In this document: one piece after another, positions 63,297 to 64,000 of the stretch
Layout: each line of letters starts with the position of its first letter
Position numbering within the stretch: the first letter of the stretch is position 1
DNA from: Candidatus Krumholzibacteriota bacterium
GTDB taxonomy: Bacteria; Krumholzibacteriota; Krumholzibacteriia; JAJRXK01
Assembly (NCBI GenBank): GCA_963727455.1
Contig: CAVSGG010000003.1
Location: forward strand, 128,001-192,000
Reading direction: 5' to 3'
Length of the DNA stretch: 64,000 nt
The notes under the pieces: model-generated
Seen by the model: only the letters and a program-made list of their open reading frames with translations
The model's database searches: none
What the model was told of the DNA's origin: nothing
Made by a program: the position numbers and the translations under genes

Positions 63297-64000
63297 ATGC
63301 GGAGGGCCACCTGGGGAGCCCGGGGGGGCTTCCTCGGTCTGGCCGCGCTGCTTTTTCTGGGATTCCTCGCGGGTTGCCATGATTCCGCGCGCCAGGTCGC
63401 TCCCAAACCCAAGAAGGTGATCCACAACGGAGGCACTTTCCGTCTCGCCCAGGCTTCGCCGCGGAATCTGGACCCAGCGCGGCTGGAGAGCGTCTACGAG
63501 AGCACGGTCGTCAATCAGATTTTCGATGGGCTCATCGCCTTCGACGAGAATCTCAATACCGTTCCCTCCTTGGCCGAGAGCTGGACGATCTCCCAGGACG
63601 GCACCGTCTACACCTTCCACATCAAGCACGGCGTCCACTTCCACGACGGGAGCGAAGTCACGGCCAATGATTTCGCCTACTCGATCACCCGGACCTTCCA
63701 ATTGCCGGTGGACCAGACCGAACTTGCCAGGGAGTACCTTTCGCACATCAAGGGCACCGACGAATTCGCCGAGGGCAAGGCCGATCACATCACGGGGATC
63801 GAGGTGCTCTCGCCCTACGAGGTACGCATCACTCTCAAGCGTCCCTTCGCGGCTTTCCTCATGGTACTGGCCATGGACTGCGGGCGCGTAGTGCCCAAAC
63901 ACTACGTGCAGAGCGTGGGCGCAGAGGAATTCGGACGGCATCCGGTCGGCGCCGGCGCGTTCGTATTCAAGAAATGGGTGCAGGACGAGGAGATCGTTCT
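63297..64000 (+). CDS. ABC transporter substrate-binding lipoprotein, family 5 (peptide/nickel), 3' partial
   Basis: Translated by hand: MRRATWGARGGFLGLAALLFLGFLAGC lipobox; NLDPA, IFDGL, PSLAESWTISQDGTVYTFHIKHGVHFHDG, PVGAGAF; no stop in the window so absent from the ORF track. Confidence 0.9.
   Translation, partial: MRRATWGARGGFLGLAALLFLGFLAGCHDSARQVAPKPKKVIHNGGTFRLAQASPRNLDPARLESVYESTVVNQIFDGLIAFDENLNTVPSLAESWTISQDGTVYTFHIKHGVHFHDGSEVTANDFAYSITRTFQLPVDQTELAREYLSHIKGTDEFAEGKADHITGIEVLSPYEVRITLKRPFAAFLMVLAMDCGRVVPKHYVQSVGAEEFGRHPVGAGAFVFKKWVQDEEIV

Overview
A GC-rich chromosomal segment from a diderm bacterium. It carries several secreted proteins ending in PNP(F/Y)-type FlgD/T9SS-CTD-like domains and one protein with an SMGSLKSGF tail. 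This suggests, by inference only, a Krumholzibacteriota/Latescibacterota/Eisenbacteria-like (FCB-related) host. Positions 1-6.3 kb are a visibly lower-GC tandem array of LVIVD/beta-propeller + FlgD-CTD paralogues, followed by a DUF222-like HNH endonuclease with its own promoter, a candidate operator and short repeats. The middle holds housekeeping and envelope genes: S9 peptidase, ADP-forming acyl-CoA synthetase, two rhomboids, Wzx flippase, two single-POTRA Omp85 proteins, Hsp20, agmatinase, phosphomutase, SGNH hydrolase, YhaO/YhaN-like nuclease-ATPase pair, AGCS transporter, DUF5916 OMP, TPR-phosphodiesterase, amidase, orphan methyltransferase and NUDIX. An 11-subunit nuoABCDHIJKLMN operon lacking nuoEFG lies at 51-61.4 kb, and its nuoD carries three +1 indels that are probably assembly errors. 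Three things are missing from or truncated in the ORF track: a selenocysteine SelD (in-frame UGA plus SECIS hairpin), a candidate structured ncRNA at about 20.05-20.24 kb, and a partial ABC substrate-binding lipoprotein at the right edge. I recognised no tRNA, rRNA, CRISPR array, integrase or transposase. No single complete novel system could be demonstrated; the best leads are under findings.
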